Virus record (IMG/VR): IMGVR_UViG_3300037067_027643
Location: 1-64,000 of that record
DNA length: 64,000 nt
Source: a virus
Lineage: Duplodnaviria > Caudoviricetes
Direction: 5' to 3' (one strand)
Of this stretch, positions 22,380 through 33,281 are shown piece by piece (positions within the stretch are counted from its first letter, which is position 1; the number at the start of each line of letters is the position of its first letter). The notes under the pieces are model-generated. The model saw only the letters and a program-made list of their open reading frames with translations. It did not search any database and was not told where the DNA came from. The position numbers were made by a program, and so were the translations under genes.

Positions 22380-23039
22380 TTATTTTGAATTATCCATTAA
22401 TTTATTTATTTCTTTTTCAGATTTTCCATATTTCTGTATTAACATCTGCAAATCTCCTATTCCTTTAATACTTCCAAAAAATATATTTAAATAACCAGTA
22501 GCGTCATATTTACTTACCTGATAATGTTTAGCTATTAACTCTACTAAGCTAGTATTATATTTTTCTCCTTTTTGATTCTTAATATACTTAATATATACTT
22601 TCTGTTGTGGTAAGAAATCTAACAATACTTTATACAATTCTCTTTTACTCCATAATGTTCCTATTCCATAAATTTGAATTTCATCTATAAATACAAGTAA
22701 ATCACTATTCATTCCCAACCATAATAATATCATATAACAATCAAATGATTTTTTATCTACATCTCTTAACTGTTCCCAAGGAGTTTTATTTACTGTTAAA
22801 CCATCAATATGTTCAAATATACTTCTCGCTTTAGCTACTGGTTCATTATTATTGATATCTATGCCGTTATTTTCATCATCTTCCGTATTATTAATTTCTT
22901 TTTCATCAAATATATCAAGTATATCAGTTAAATCATTAAGAGATCCTTCTACTACTAAATCAGATTCTTTAACTTTTGACTTGGTAGATGTTGATGTTTT
23001 CTTTTGTCTTGTTTTTTTAGGAGTTGTTGTTTCTTCCAT
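22380..23039 (-). CDS. Clamp loader small subunit (T4 gp62-like)
   Basis: F.HID.L...K, F..YMI..WL.M, YIKYIK; close to the gp44 and gp45 homologues. Confidence 0.6.
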   Translation of the reverse strand: MEETTTPKKTRQKKTSTSTKSKVKESDLVVEGSLNDLTDILDIFDEKEINNTEDDENNGIDINNNEPVAKARSIFEHIDGLTVNKTPWEQLRDVDKKSFDCYMILLWLGMNSDLLVFIDEIQIYGIGTLWSKRELYKVLLDFLPQQKVYIKYIKNQKGEKYNTSLVELIAKHYQVSKYDATGYLNIFFGSIKGIGDLQMLIQKYGKSEKEINKLMDNSK

Positions 23040-23295
23040 TATCTATTATAGGATTTATTGTAATAAAATTACCATGTTTTTTATTATAATTATCTATTCT
23101 ATTTTTTGTTCTCTTTTTTATTGGAATATGTAAACTTTCAACATCTACAAATTTTTTTACATTTAATACAATAAAACCCATTGAAATTTGTTTCTACAGA
23201 TCTTCTTACAGTTGTTGAACTACATTCACAACATTTTATTTCTTCTTGATAAAAGTTATCATATATTCTTCCACTCATAATTATTAAAATTTATT

Positions 23296-23760
23296 TTATT
23301 TCCAAAATTGAAATTTTCCTGATTCTATATTAATTGTAAACCCTGTTCTAAACCACAAATCAATTAAATCAACTAATTTATCCAGTATTACATTTGATTT
23401 CATTCCTGTCATTCCCAACATAAAAACTGGTTGTAAAATTAAAGATAATACAGGTGGAACAGATACATAAGATTTAGATATTCCCAAAGATAACATTATA
23501 GCATACTGTTGAAAACAAAGAGGTAATATAGCTATCATTGCATTTGGTGCCTGTCCTAGCATATATGTATATTTAAAAGTCTTTTTAGCTATTTCTGATG
23601 TTGTCGATCCCACTTCTATTTCTTTTGCATACATATTTATAGCATTACTCCACTTTTCAGCTGATTCTTTAAATGTTTGTGGCATTCCTACGAAATTAGG
23701 ACTTTCACTATCAAAAAACTTAGATAATTCTGTATGTAAGGTTGATTTATTTAGACTCAT
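23296..23760 (-). CDS. Hypothetical protein
   Basis: ORF. Confidence 0.5.
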   Translation of the reverse strand: MSLNKSTLHTELSKFFDSESPNFVGMPQTFKESAEKWSNAINMYAKEIEVGSTTSEIAKKTFKYTYMLGQAPNAMIAILPLCFQQYAIMLSLGISKSYVSVPPVLSLILQPVFMLGMTGMKSNVILDKLVDLIDLWFRTGFTINIESGKFQFWK

Positions 23761-23763
23761 TAA

Positions 23764-25203
23764 TTATCTAATTATTTCTAAAATTGATATCAACAATGCA
23801 CTTGCACTTAATTCTTTAATTACTCTTAGATTACTTTGATATTCGTATTCTGCTAACTTTAATATAACTTCAGCACTTTTATTGTTACTATAATTATCAA
23901 CTTCATCATACAGTAATTGATACAACGGTGTAAAATCTCTTACCTGACTATCTGCTATCAACTGTCTTATTTCTGTAAGTGATTCTTTTGGTTTCTTTTT
24001 ACTATCTTTTAATATTTCTAATATTTTTAAAATATAGTTTCCTTCTATTAAATTTTGTTTATTTAATGTAAGTGTTCCATTAATAGTATTTTGTTGACAA
24101 GCATTTATTATTTTTCTAATATCTGGATAATTTGTATCTACTAGTACTTTTAAATCTTTTAAATCGTAGGTTACCTGTTCTGTATCCAATATATGTACAA
24201 TTCTTTTAGCAATATCTTTCTTACTAGGTGGAACTACATTAAATACTTGACATCTACTTTGAATTGCTGGACGAATTTTCTCAATGTAGTTCGCCGTCAA
24301 AATAAAGCGTGTACTTCCAGAATAAGTTTCCATTAGATTTCTAAGTAAATCTTGTCCTTGAAATGTTATACCATCACAATTAGAAGTTAATATCTGTTTA
24401 TTTGTAATATAAAAATTATGATTGTTTTCGACTGATAAATCAAATACAGGAATTTCTAAATGAGTTTTTACTATTTTTTCAATTTTTAATAATGATAATT
24501 TTCCTGTTGAATCGGTTGTTACTATTCGTCTATTATTACGAGTATCATTTATAATATCTGTTAATTTTAATTTATAGATATTTTTAAATTTAACTTCGGA
24601 AGAGTATTTAATTTTATTTGGTATCCAATTGTTTTTGTCAACATACACATACCATTTATGATCTTCTGTACATCTAACCATTTCTCCATTTTCAAAATGA
24701 ACTTGATAGATAGGTTTATTTCCCATCTTCCATAGATTAAATGGTTTCCATTCCTGTTCATTAGTATCAAAATTAAAACTCTTTACTAAATCACTATTTT
24801 CTTTTAAATAACGAATTTCGACTAGTTGTTCTACATCATCTCTTTTTATACAGACTAATGTGGTTTCTTCTAAACACTCATCTAAAAATACTACCTTCCA
24901 AGGTTTAAATCCTCCTGTTGTTGCAAATGATTTTACTTTAGTTCTAATAGTTTCGACATTATTTTCATCGGAAGCATTTATATATAAACAATCACATTCT
25001 ATTTCATTAGTTAATATATGACCTGCTGTCGTCTTACCAGTTCCAGGGGTAGAAAACAGCAAAATATGCGGAATGTCTTGATTAGTAACAAATGAACGAA
25101 ATTTATCTATCATTTGGTCATTACCAACATAATCATCAAACTTTCTAGGACGATATTTTTCGCACCAAATTGAATTTTCTTCTTCTTTATTTTCTATTTC
25201 CAT
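23764..25203 (-). CDS. Clamp loader ATPase (T4 gp44/RFC-like) containing a mini-intein
   Basis: WCEKYRP, PGTGKTT, NASD, VFLDE|C...N|CD, SRC. Confidence 0.92.
   Translation of the reverse strand: MEIENKEEENSIWCEKYRPRKFDDYVGNDQMIDKFRSFVTNQDIPHILLFSTPGTGKTTAGHILTNEIECDCLYINASDENNVETIRTKVKSFATTGGFKPWKVVFLDECLEETTLVCIKRDDVEQLVEIRYLKENSDLVKSFNFDTNEQEWKPFNLWKMGNKPIYQVHFENGEMVRCTEDHKWYVYVDKNNWIPNKIKYSSEVKFKNIYKLKLTDIINDTRNNRRIVTTDSTGKLSLLKIEKIVKTHLEIPVFDLSVENNHNFYITNKQILTSNCDGITFQGQDLLRNLMETYSGSTRFILTANYIEKIRPAIQSRCQVFNVVPPSKKDIAKRIVHILDTEQVTYDLKDLKVLVDTNYPDIRKIINACQQNTINGTLTLNKQNLIEGNYILKILEILKDSKKKPKESLTEIRQLIADSQVRDFTPLYQLLYDEVDNYSNNKSAEVILKLAEYEYQSNLRVIKELSASALLISILEIIR
24379..24876 (-). mobile_element. 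Contiguous 166-aa mini-intein in the Walker B of the clamp loader
   Basis: Starts CLEETTLV; block B CTEDHKW; block F VFDLSVENNHNFY; ends ILTSN|C; no endonuclease domain. Confidence 0.9.
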
Positions 25204-25373
25204 TTTTTATAATTTTATTAGATGTATCGTTGATTTCACTCCACCTATAACCACAATGATCACACTTAAATAGAATATGACTTTTGCTTTTATGAACTAC
25301 TCTTGATTTGTGAATTCCAATCCAGCACAACTTTATATTTCTAAACCAAATTAAAGTCCTTGTAATCATGATG

Positions 25374-26111
25374 TTAAACTGATTTTAATTTTACTAAATA
25401 ATAATCACTCTTCATATTTTCATAAGTAAATTCAACATGTATCAACCCTTTATCACTTATCTCTAACTTACCTGTTTTAAAACCTTTATTTACTGATAAT
25501 ATATTCTTTAACATATTAGCACTATAGGAATAATAATCCAGTTTTGTTCCTTCTTCAAACTTAGCTGGTAGTAATAATGAAATATTATCTATATTGATAT
25601 CTGATGCATACCCAACGATTAATCTTAATGAATCTTCTTCTGTTGTAAATGTAAATGTTTTTGAATCTGGTAATGAATTTTTAATACTTACTACCTTGCT
25701 AATAATTTCATCATTTAATTCTAATGCTATTTGATATTCTGGAGTTGCTTTTAATTTAGTAGGTTTAGGAATTACTTCTGTTTCTGATGTTTTGTATTCA
25801 GCATTAATTTTAAATGTTCCTGAGTTTTTAAAATTTAATGAACCATTTTTGTTTCCTTTGTATGGTAAATAAGATACTTCTAATTCTTTATCAAAAGGAC
25901 TTAATAATTTTAATAATCCTGCTGTTGAATTAATACCAATTTCCATATCTGATAATCCTAATTCTTTACTAACAACAGTACCTACTGCTGTTTTATCTGG
26001 AGAATTAAAATATACAGTTGTTTCATTATTACTTACTGTCCATACTACACTATCTACTTCTCCTCCAAGGTGATAAGTTGCGATAAATTTTTCTAAGATT
26101 TCTTTTTTCAT
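25374..26111 (-). CDS. Sliding clamp (T4 gp45-like)
   Basis: 245 aa, clamp-like C-terminus ISDKGLIHVEF...YYLV; lies between polB and the clamp loader. Confidence 0.7.
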   Translation of the reverse strand: MKKEILEKFIATYHLGGEVDSVVWTVSNNETTVYFNSPDKTAVGTVVSKELGLSDMEIGINSTAGLLKLLSPFDKELEVSYLPYKGNKNGSLNFKNSGTFKINAEYKTSETEVIPKPTKLKATPEYQIALELNDEIISKVVSIKNSLPDSKTFTFTTEEDSLRLIVGYASDINIDNISLLLPAKFEEGTKLDYYSYSANMLKNILSVNKGFKTGKLEISDKGLIHVEFTYENMKSDYYLVKLKSV

Positions 26112-27381
26112 TACTTTTTATTTATATTATTTAATTGTTATTTATTTTCGTATTCTTAACTAATTGTTATTAATCATTTTAATTTGACTTGGATCCAGTT
26201 CTGTTCTAAGTCTTTCAACTGTTTCTTTTATTGATATATCCCATTCTTTTGCTTTATCTTTGATATATTTAGTAGGTAAAATACAATAATCTGATCCTCC
26301 TCTAATATTTATATTTTGTATCTTATTAGAAATTTCTATTATTTTATCTACTAATTTATGTTCCATTTCTTCTTTATTCATTTTCATTATTATTTTTAAA
26401 TGGAGTTAAATCATCTGACATTTTACAATTTTTAATAGATTTTATTAATTCTTCATTAATTACATCAGTTATTTCAATATGATAATTACATTTTCCATCT
26501 GTATTATGTATGCAAACATTTGGTTTATCTATATAAAATTTTGAATAATCAGGATTATAAAATTTTTCTACTTCATATACAGAATTACATATTCCAAATT
26601 TTCCAGTATCTTCGTTTAATGCAAATACAAAACCTATATTAGCATACTCAAATGCCAATTTAGCATCTTCAACATTAAATATAGCCATTGATTTATATGT
26701 TGGATTAATTGGTGATAAATTTTCGTAATTATCATTAAATATTTTAAGCATATTTTTATTTATTTTCATATTTATAATCCAAATAAACTAATTCTACATT
26801 TGGTGAATCATTTATTGGTTCTATATTATTGCACTCTCTTAATTCAGGAAATTTAAAGCTACTAACTAATGGATGAGCAAATAAACAACCCCAATATGCT
26901 TGATAAATTTCTTTCTTTACATATCTTATATAATGTTTATCAAATTTCTTTTTATTTCTTCTTTTCTTTAAATTTATTTTTGAAAACGGATATAAATCAG
27001 AAATAGTTAATCTTTCATTATTTTGTAATTTATCTAACCAAATTGTAGTTATTTTACTTATTTTTGATTCCATATTTTTTAGTAAATATATTCATTTTTA
27101 TTTTTAACAAAATCAAACCAATGTATTATTTCACAATATCCAGTAAATTCGACTACATATCCTTCATGACCGTCTGGGCAACATTTACCATTTTGTGGAT
27201 TTGGCATTAACATATTAATTTTATTACTATGACATCGTCTATATAGTTTACCACAATAACTACAATGATATGGCATAAATCTCATTATTTTCCTATACCA
27301 ATTTAATTTTACTATTGGTTTTTGTACAACTTGTTCTTCTTTATTCATTTTAATTTTTATTTATTTTAATTTTTATTTATT

Positions 27382-27394
27382 TTAATATACAAAA
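27382..27394 (-). promoter_or_regulatory. Promoter motif TTTTGTATATTAA, copy 4
   Basis: Exact repeat. Confidence 0.7.
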
Positions 27395-27426
27395 TTATTC
27401 TTAATTATTAAAATTTATTTTAACTC

Positions 27427-28344
27427 TTATCCAAAAAATTCATCAATTAGTTCACTATCACCTAAAACTCCCCATCCCAAAGCACTATAGAAATCATTGA
27501 GTTTGTTCTTTAACACACTATCAAAGTTTTTAAACCTATCCATGTAAACAGTTACTAAATCTACAATTTCTGGAGGATCTTCATTATCTCCTTTTAAAGC
27601 AATACTTTCTAATCCATATTTATTCTGTCTTAAATAAGTCCATTTAATCTTATCATTGTTTTGAATAGGTGATATATGTTTATCATATCCTAAATACACT
27701 AATAAATCATTATAACTTAATGCTGCTCTTACATGTGCTGGTGTTCCTTTTAAATAATTAAATGATTCACTATTTTGATAGTCATCCATGTTTTTAATTC
27801 CACTTGGAAACATTATATTAATAGCAGTAAAATCTTTTAATTTATCTTTTAGTGCAAATATTTGTGTATCTATATATTTTTTATTTGCTTTCTTTAATAT
27901 ATCTTTTAATAATTGTTTTGTAAAACTTCTAAATTCTGTTGGGAAGTTAGATCTAACAACATCAATTCCTTTTACTTCTATTTCACCTAGTTCATTTGTT
28001 TCTTTATCATAAATTGGAACTCCCTTTTTATTTATAACTAACAGTGCATATCTTTTCTTTGCTATCCAAAGTCCTGTTTGTGCAATGATTTCCTGTTTAA
28101 ATTTTATTCGATGAGTATCAACATAAAAGAATTTTTTTGTATAAGTATCAAACATTGAATTAACAAATCCTTGTATTTCTGTGGCGAGTGGTAAAATTAA
28201 TTCTACCATCTTATTATTATCTGTTATATCTAAATCAGGAAATCTATGTTTTACTAATGGTACAATTGAAAAAAAATTCGAATCTGTATCAATATAATTT
28301 ATGTAATCTATTTGTTTTCCTTTTTCAATCTTTTTTATTTTCAT
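27427..28344 (-). CDS. polB: Family B DNA polymerase, C-terminal half (motif C and thumb), with a 9-aa intein-C-like leader
   Basis: YIDTDS, KKRYAL, VKGIDVVRS, HVRAALSYN; begins MKIKKIEKG. Confidence 0.92.
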   Translation of the reverse strand: MKIKKIEKGKQIDYINYIDTDSNFFSIVPLVKHRFPDLDITDNNKMVELILPLATEIQGFVNSMFDTYTKKFFYVDTHRIKFKQEIIAQTGLWIAKKRYALLVINKKGVPIYDKETNELGEIEVKGIDVVRSNFPTEFRSFTKQLLKDILKKANKKYIDTQIFALKDKLKDFTAINIMFPSGIKNMDDYQNSESFNYLKGTPAHVRAALSYNDLLVYLGYDKHISPIQNNDKIKWTYLRQNKYGLESIALKGDNEDPPEIVDLVTVYMDRFKNFDSVLKNKLNDFYSALGWGVLGDSELIDEFFG

Positions 28345-29041
28345 ATAATTCTATTATTTTTTGATTTAATAATTTTTTATACATGTATTCGGTTAAATGA
28401 TATTTTTTTCTAAATGAAATTATAGTATCATAAATTTGTCCATCTCTATTATCAATAATTGGCTTTGCTTGTGTTTTTGCTTGTTTATTAAAATCTGATA
28501 TTTTCTTCCTTCTTAATGCTTCATTTTCTACTGTTGTTTTTCTACATTTAGCAGATTCACTCATCTTTTGTATTGTATCATCGGAATAAATATTAGTTTT
28601 TCCTTTATTCCATGGTATTTGTCCAATATGCGCATCACTTAGTTGTTTGCAACGTTCTGGACTATATTTAATATGCCAACATGGACTTTTTTCTCCTTTA
28701 GATCTTTCCGAGCACATTTTTTTATATTCTTCCGTATGTGTTTTACCTGACCAATATGCATTTTCATCATGTCGACAAGAACCACCTTTTAATATATTAT
28801 ATCCATTTGGTGCTTTTGTATTTAATTCCTTAATCCAAAATATTTCTCGAATATTTAATTCTTCTTTTGTATTACACTCTTCTATAATTTCTTTTTTAAA
28901 ATTTTCTTTGCCATATTTTTTAATAGCTAACCTTATTAATTTTCCACTACCCCAATAACATTTAAATCTAATTCCAACAGATTTTGTTTGCCCAATATAG
29001 ATTTTACCATTAATTAAATTTGTTATTTTATAAATTACCAT
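28325..29041 (-). mobile_element. Free-standing GIY-YIG homing endonuclease with NUMOD3-like repeats, splitting polB
   Basis: VIYKITNLINGKIYIGQT, YWGSG, REIFWI, GYNI; HTEEYKK.SE and PWNKGK repeats. Confidence 0.9.
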
Positions 29042-31020
29042 TATAATTCAATTATATCATCTGATTCTTGTAGATTTTTAACATATATATTTAAAGATTG
29101 ATTATCTCTAATAACTCCTATTTCATCGTTACCATTTAATTTTAATATTTCTCCATTTTCCAATATAATTTCATATATATTTCCAAGTTCATTTGTAAAA
29201 AAATAATTAGCTGATTTTTGTGCAAATTGTACAATCTGCTGTCCGCAAATAGTTACACTTGTGGCGTTATCAAGATCATAAAATCTAAATGAATCTAATC
29301 CTAATACACCATAAAATATATTTAATAAAATCTTTTGAACTAATTGTCTCAAACTATAAAAATCATATAATTGATCATTTCCCTCTTTACCATATTTATT
29401 TGCTAAATCTTGTGATATAACTCTCTCATCAAACCATTTAGATAAAATAGTTGGTATGATTCCTCTTATATCAGTTCTATACATTACTCCACTTGCGGCT
29501 AATGAATATTTATTTTCAATAATCATTTCTTTAATCTTACTAACTGACATTTTAATAATATCTCCTTGATAATATACATTATAAATATATTCATTATCTT
29601 TTTGGAATACATCCATATTATATTCCAATATTTTTCCAATCTTCGTTTCGGGAGAAATATTTAATGTCATAATAATATTGGGATACATTGAAGTGGCATC
29701 TAAATCTATTAACCAATCATATAATCCTGGTATAGGTTCTTTTACAAACGCACCTTCAAAATGAAATCCAACTTCATAAGAAGTTAATATGCTTACATCA
29801 AGAGGATTTTTTAATGAGAATTTATTTCCTTTGTATAATACATATTCAATATCATAAAATTTACTTTTACTCTTTTTAAATCTAAGTATACCGCTCTTAG
29901 GAACATCTTCCTGTATATTTTCTTTACAAATAATTTCAGTACATCCAATATCATGATTTCTACTTAGTTTTATTTGTTTCCATGTCTTCTTGTTTGTAAC
30001 AATTTTATTATTATTTTTTGTAAATGTTAAACAAGCCCCGTCTACAATTCTACTGGATGTAAATATATCTTCGTATGGAATGTGAGCTTTGTGAGCAACA
30101 CCAATTGCTAAATTAATAAATGTATTTTTTTTATCAATTTCCACTATTAAAACAACATCATTAATATTATATTTACAATATCCAACAATATCATTTTTAT
30201 AAAAAGCATCTAAATCACCTTCAAAAGTCATCTTACCATACCCTAATTCTAATCGAGATATAAAATCTAGTTTATACATTGGCTGTTCATTCTGAGTATA
30301 ATTTTTATACAATAACATATAATCTAAATGAACTACACCATAAATCATATATTCTCTTCTCATAGTTGACCAGGTAACTATTCCGATCGGACTTAATCTA
30401 CTAGCAATAGCTTTACCTACTACTTTACATGAACGATTATATAAGTAAGGAACGTCAAAACGCGCTGAATTCCAACCTGTTATTAGAGTAACACCTAATT
30501 GCTCATATCTACTATAAAATTTAAGTAATAAATCTCTTTCACTATTACATGAAACTATTTCTACTTCATTACCTTTATCATCTGCGATAAATCCATTTTC
30601 TAATTTTCCTTCTACATCTAATATAAAAGCACTATAACTATTAGTTGGTTTAAAATAATATGATATTGCTGTAATCTCTTGTTCTGCTAAATCTGCTAAT
30701 GGAAATCCTTCATCTGATTTTACTTCTATATCAAAAAAGAATTCTCGATGTCCTGTAGCTACTTCATCACTAGTATGATATAAATCTATAAGTGTACGCA
30801 TCTCTGGATTAACATCACTTTCATACATTAAACCATTTGCTATATCACTTTCACTCCATCCTGATACTCGTTTTACTCTTTGATTGTCAATAGTAGTATA
30901 AGTTCCCTTTGGATCTAATTTATATCCATACCTTTTATAAGGAAAATTATCATATCCAGCTTTGTCATCCCATAAATGGATTAAGTTTGTTTCTCTTTGG
31001 TAATTTATACAATAATACAT
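29041..31020 (-). CDS. polB: Family B DNA polymerase, N-terminal half (3'-5' exonuclease, motifs A and B), with a 46-aa Hint-like tail
   Basis: FFDIE, GWNSARFDVPY, YNINDV, DLDATSMYP, QKILLNIFYG. Confidence 0.93.
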   Translation of the reverse strand: MYYCINYQRETNLIHLWDDKAGYDNFPYKRYGYKLDPKGTYTTIDNQRVKRVSGWSESDIANGLMYESDVNPEMRTLIDLYHTSDEVATGHREFFFDIEVKSDEGFPLADLAEQEITAISYYFKPTNSYSAFILDVEGKLENGFIADDKGNEVEIVSCNSERDLLLKFYSRYEQLGVTLITGWNSARFDVPYLYNRSCKVVGKAIASRLSPIGIVTWSTMRREYMIYGVVHLDYMLLYKNYTQNEQPMYKLDFISRLELGYGKMTFEGDLDAFYKNDIVGYCKYNINDVVLIVEIDKKNTFINLAIGVAHKAHIPYEDIFTSSRIVDGACLTFTKNNNKIVTNKKTWKQIKLSRNHDIGCTEIICKENIQEDVPKSGILRFKKSKSKFYDIEYVLYKGNKFSLKNPLDVSILTSYEVGFHFEGAFVKEPIPGLYDWLIDLDATSMYPNIIMTLNISPETKIGKILEYNMDVFQKDNEYIYNVYYQGDIIKMSVSKIKEMIIENKYSLAASGVMYRTDIRGIIPTILSKWFDERVISQDLANKYGKEGNDQLYDFYSLRQLVQKILLNIFYGVLGLDSFRFYDLDNATSVTICGQQIVQFAQKSANYFFTNELGNIYEIILENGEILKLNGNDEIGVIRDNQSLNIYVKNLQESDDIIEL

Positions 31021-31091
31021 AATTTTAATTTTTAATTTTTAATAAAATAATTGATGCACCGATAATAATGATTTTCAACACTTTACAGTAT

Positions 31092-32759
31092 CTACTCTAA
31101 CAAACTTTCGTTTGCATTATTATTATATTTGTTATTCTTTTCAAAATAATCATCCAAAACCTTTCTAATTGATTCTTTACCTAATCGTGGTTTTGGTATG
31201 AACCAATTAGTCGTTTTATCAAGTTTTAAAAATGACTGAGATAGAACATTTATCTCTTTGAATTGTTTTATATTTTTACTTGCATTAAAATCGGCATTTT
31301 CTTCGTGACCACATTCCAAACACTTAAAATGCTCTTGAGTCTTTCTATTGTTTCTATCAACATAACCACAACGCGAACAACGTTGTGATGTATAATATGA
31401 TGGAACAATAGTTAACTGTATGTTTCGATTTCTACACTGATTAATAAGAATGTTTTTCATACTTACTAAATGAAGAATTCTGATTAATCTTGAATATTTT
31501 ATATTATAAAATTCTTCACTTCTACACCAAGATTTATCTCCAAGAACTAATCCTTCACAAACGATATGATTATATCCAGATTTTATTGTTAATTTAATTA
31601 AGTCACTAACATTCAAATTTTGTTCTGCTATTAAACGTCTATTCCAAGTTTGTTTTCTAGCAATTAATTTATATTTTTGCTTTATTTGTTTTTCTGTTAA
31701 ATCTTTATCAATTGTCTCATACATAAGTTTAGATTTTTTATCTAATTTCAATTGAGTTTTAATATAATTCTTAATTAAATTTCTATTAAAATCAACTGTC
31801 TTATCGTTTGAAAGTCTAAATAAATTATGTTTTAAGTTGGTATCTACTCCGGCTATATTGTTACAATCAGAAATAGTTTCTCTATTTCCTTTTTTATGTA
31901 ATACTATTTTTATTTTATTTTTAACAAATTGTATTGTATAAGATGCTTGTTCTTTATTATAATTATCTAAGTTTCCGTGATATTTTTTACTATATTTAAT
32001 TGGAATGTAAATTCTACCACATTTATTAATATGTCTAAAACCACTTAAAACAATATAATGAGTTAATATCGATTTATTATTTTTATTCTTAATTATTATA
32101 TCTAAATGAGCATTTACTCCATTATAAGTAAGTTCTTTAAACAAACAAGGTTTAGAGAATAGTTCTTTAATTAGTCTTGTTTTTCTATCATTTGCTAATT
32201 TTAAAATTCTGTCTCCAAATTTATCTAAATAATAAAGAATACTTTTATAAAATTCAATTTGTTCTAAACTTTTAATTGTATTAACATTATCAATTTCTTT
32301 AATTAAATAATTAACAGTTGTTTCATTGTAATATTTAGCTAAATATGAAATAACTTTGGTTAAGGGAGATGATTTTAATGATATATGAAATATTTTAATA
32401 TCACCCTTATTATGTTTCTTAGTAGTTATTTTATAATATTTAAATGACAATGGTTTTGATTGAATTTTAAATATAATTTTTTTATTTAATTCTTGAAACT
32501 TATTTTGATAAGCTGTATATACATCAGTTAATGCTGGCTGAATTTCTCTCCCAACTAACCCATCTATTTGAGTATTAAATTGAATCTGAAAATCAAATTT
32601 AGATATATTTTGAAATTTAATTGGATTATCACATATTATTTGACTTAATTCATTCTTAAAATTTCTAATCTTAACAGCCTTATCATGTAAATGATTATAC
32701 TTAATACTGTTTAAATCAGTAGAATAAAATGAAATTGAATATGTTGATTCCTGTAACAT
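31092..32759 (-). mobile_element. tnpB: TnpB/Cas12f-like RNA-guided nuclease, no adjacent tnpA
   Basis: RuvC-I GVDTN, RuvC-II IVCEGL, YTSQRCSRCG...FKCLECG Zn finger, RuvC-III NADFNASKNI. Confidence 0.85.
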
Positions 32760-33281
32760 TATTTATATATTTTTAAAAATTTATTTTATTCATACATTGT
32801 TCCAGCAATTATATCTGGGTCACTATGTTCTTCCATCCATTGTTCAAATGATTTTTCTTTCCAGTTGTCTTCTGGATTTTCTGGATCATAATCCCAATTA
32901 AAAACTGTCATTTCTTTCCATTTTTCTTTTGGAATTTCTACTATTTCATCATCGTCTTCAAAGTTAATTAAATCCATTCCAGTAATAGAACAATAGACTT
33001 TTAAAGCTTCTATAGTAGTATTAGCTGCTACCCATTCTTTTTCGTCTTGAGATTTCCATTGGATTTCAAATATTTTCATAATCTTCTATTCGTTTATTAA
33101 TATAATTTTGTAATTCTTCAATAGAGCATAGATATTGTTGTCTTAATCTATGAAATTCTTCATCCTTTATTTCTGTCCAATCGCTATAATGATTAAAGCA
33201 ATAGTGAATACCTTCTTCTCTCATTCTGTATTTAACATTTTTAAATAATTCTTTTAATGTTTCTTCCATGACTTATTTATT

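Noticed and set aside
28325-29041. Group I intron in polB
   Set aside because: The ORFs overlap on both sides of the endonuclease gene, leaving no non-coding space for a ribozyme core
28318-29181. Functional split intein in polB
   Set aside because: No N-terminal Cys/Ser block A, no TxxH, no block F and no terminal Asn followed by a nucleophile
31021-33280. CRISPR array or Cas12f system next to tnpB
   Set aside because: No repeat-spacer array is visible; the Cas4-like gene is about 15 kb away and typical of phage replication regions
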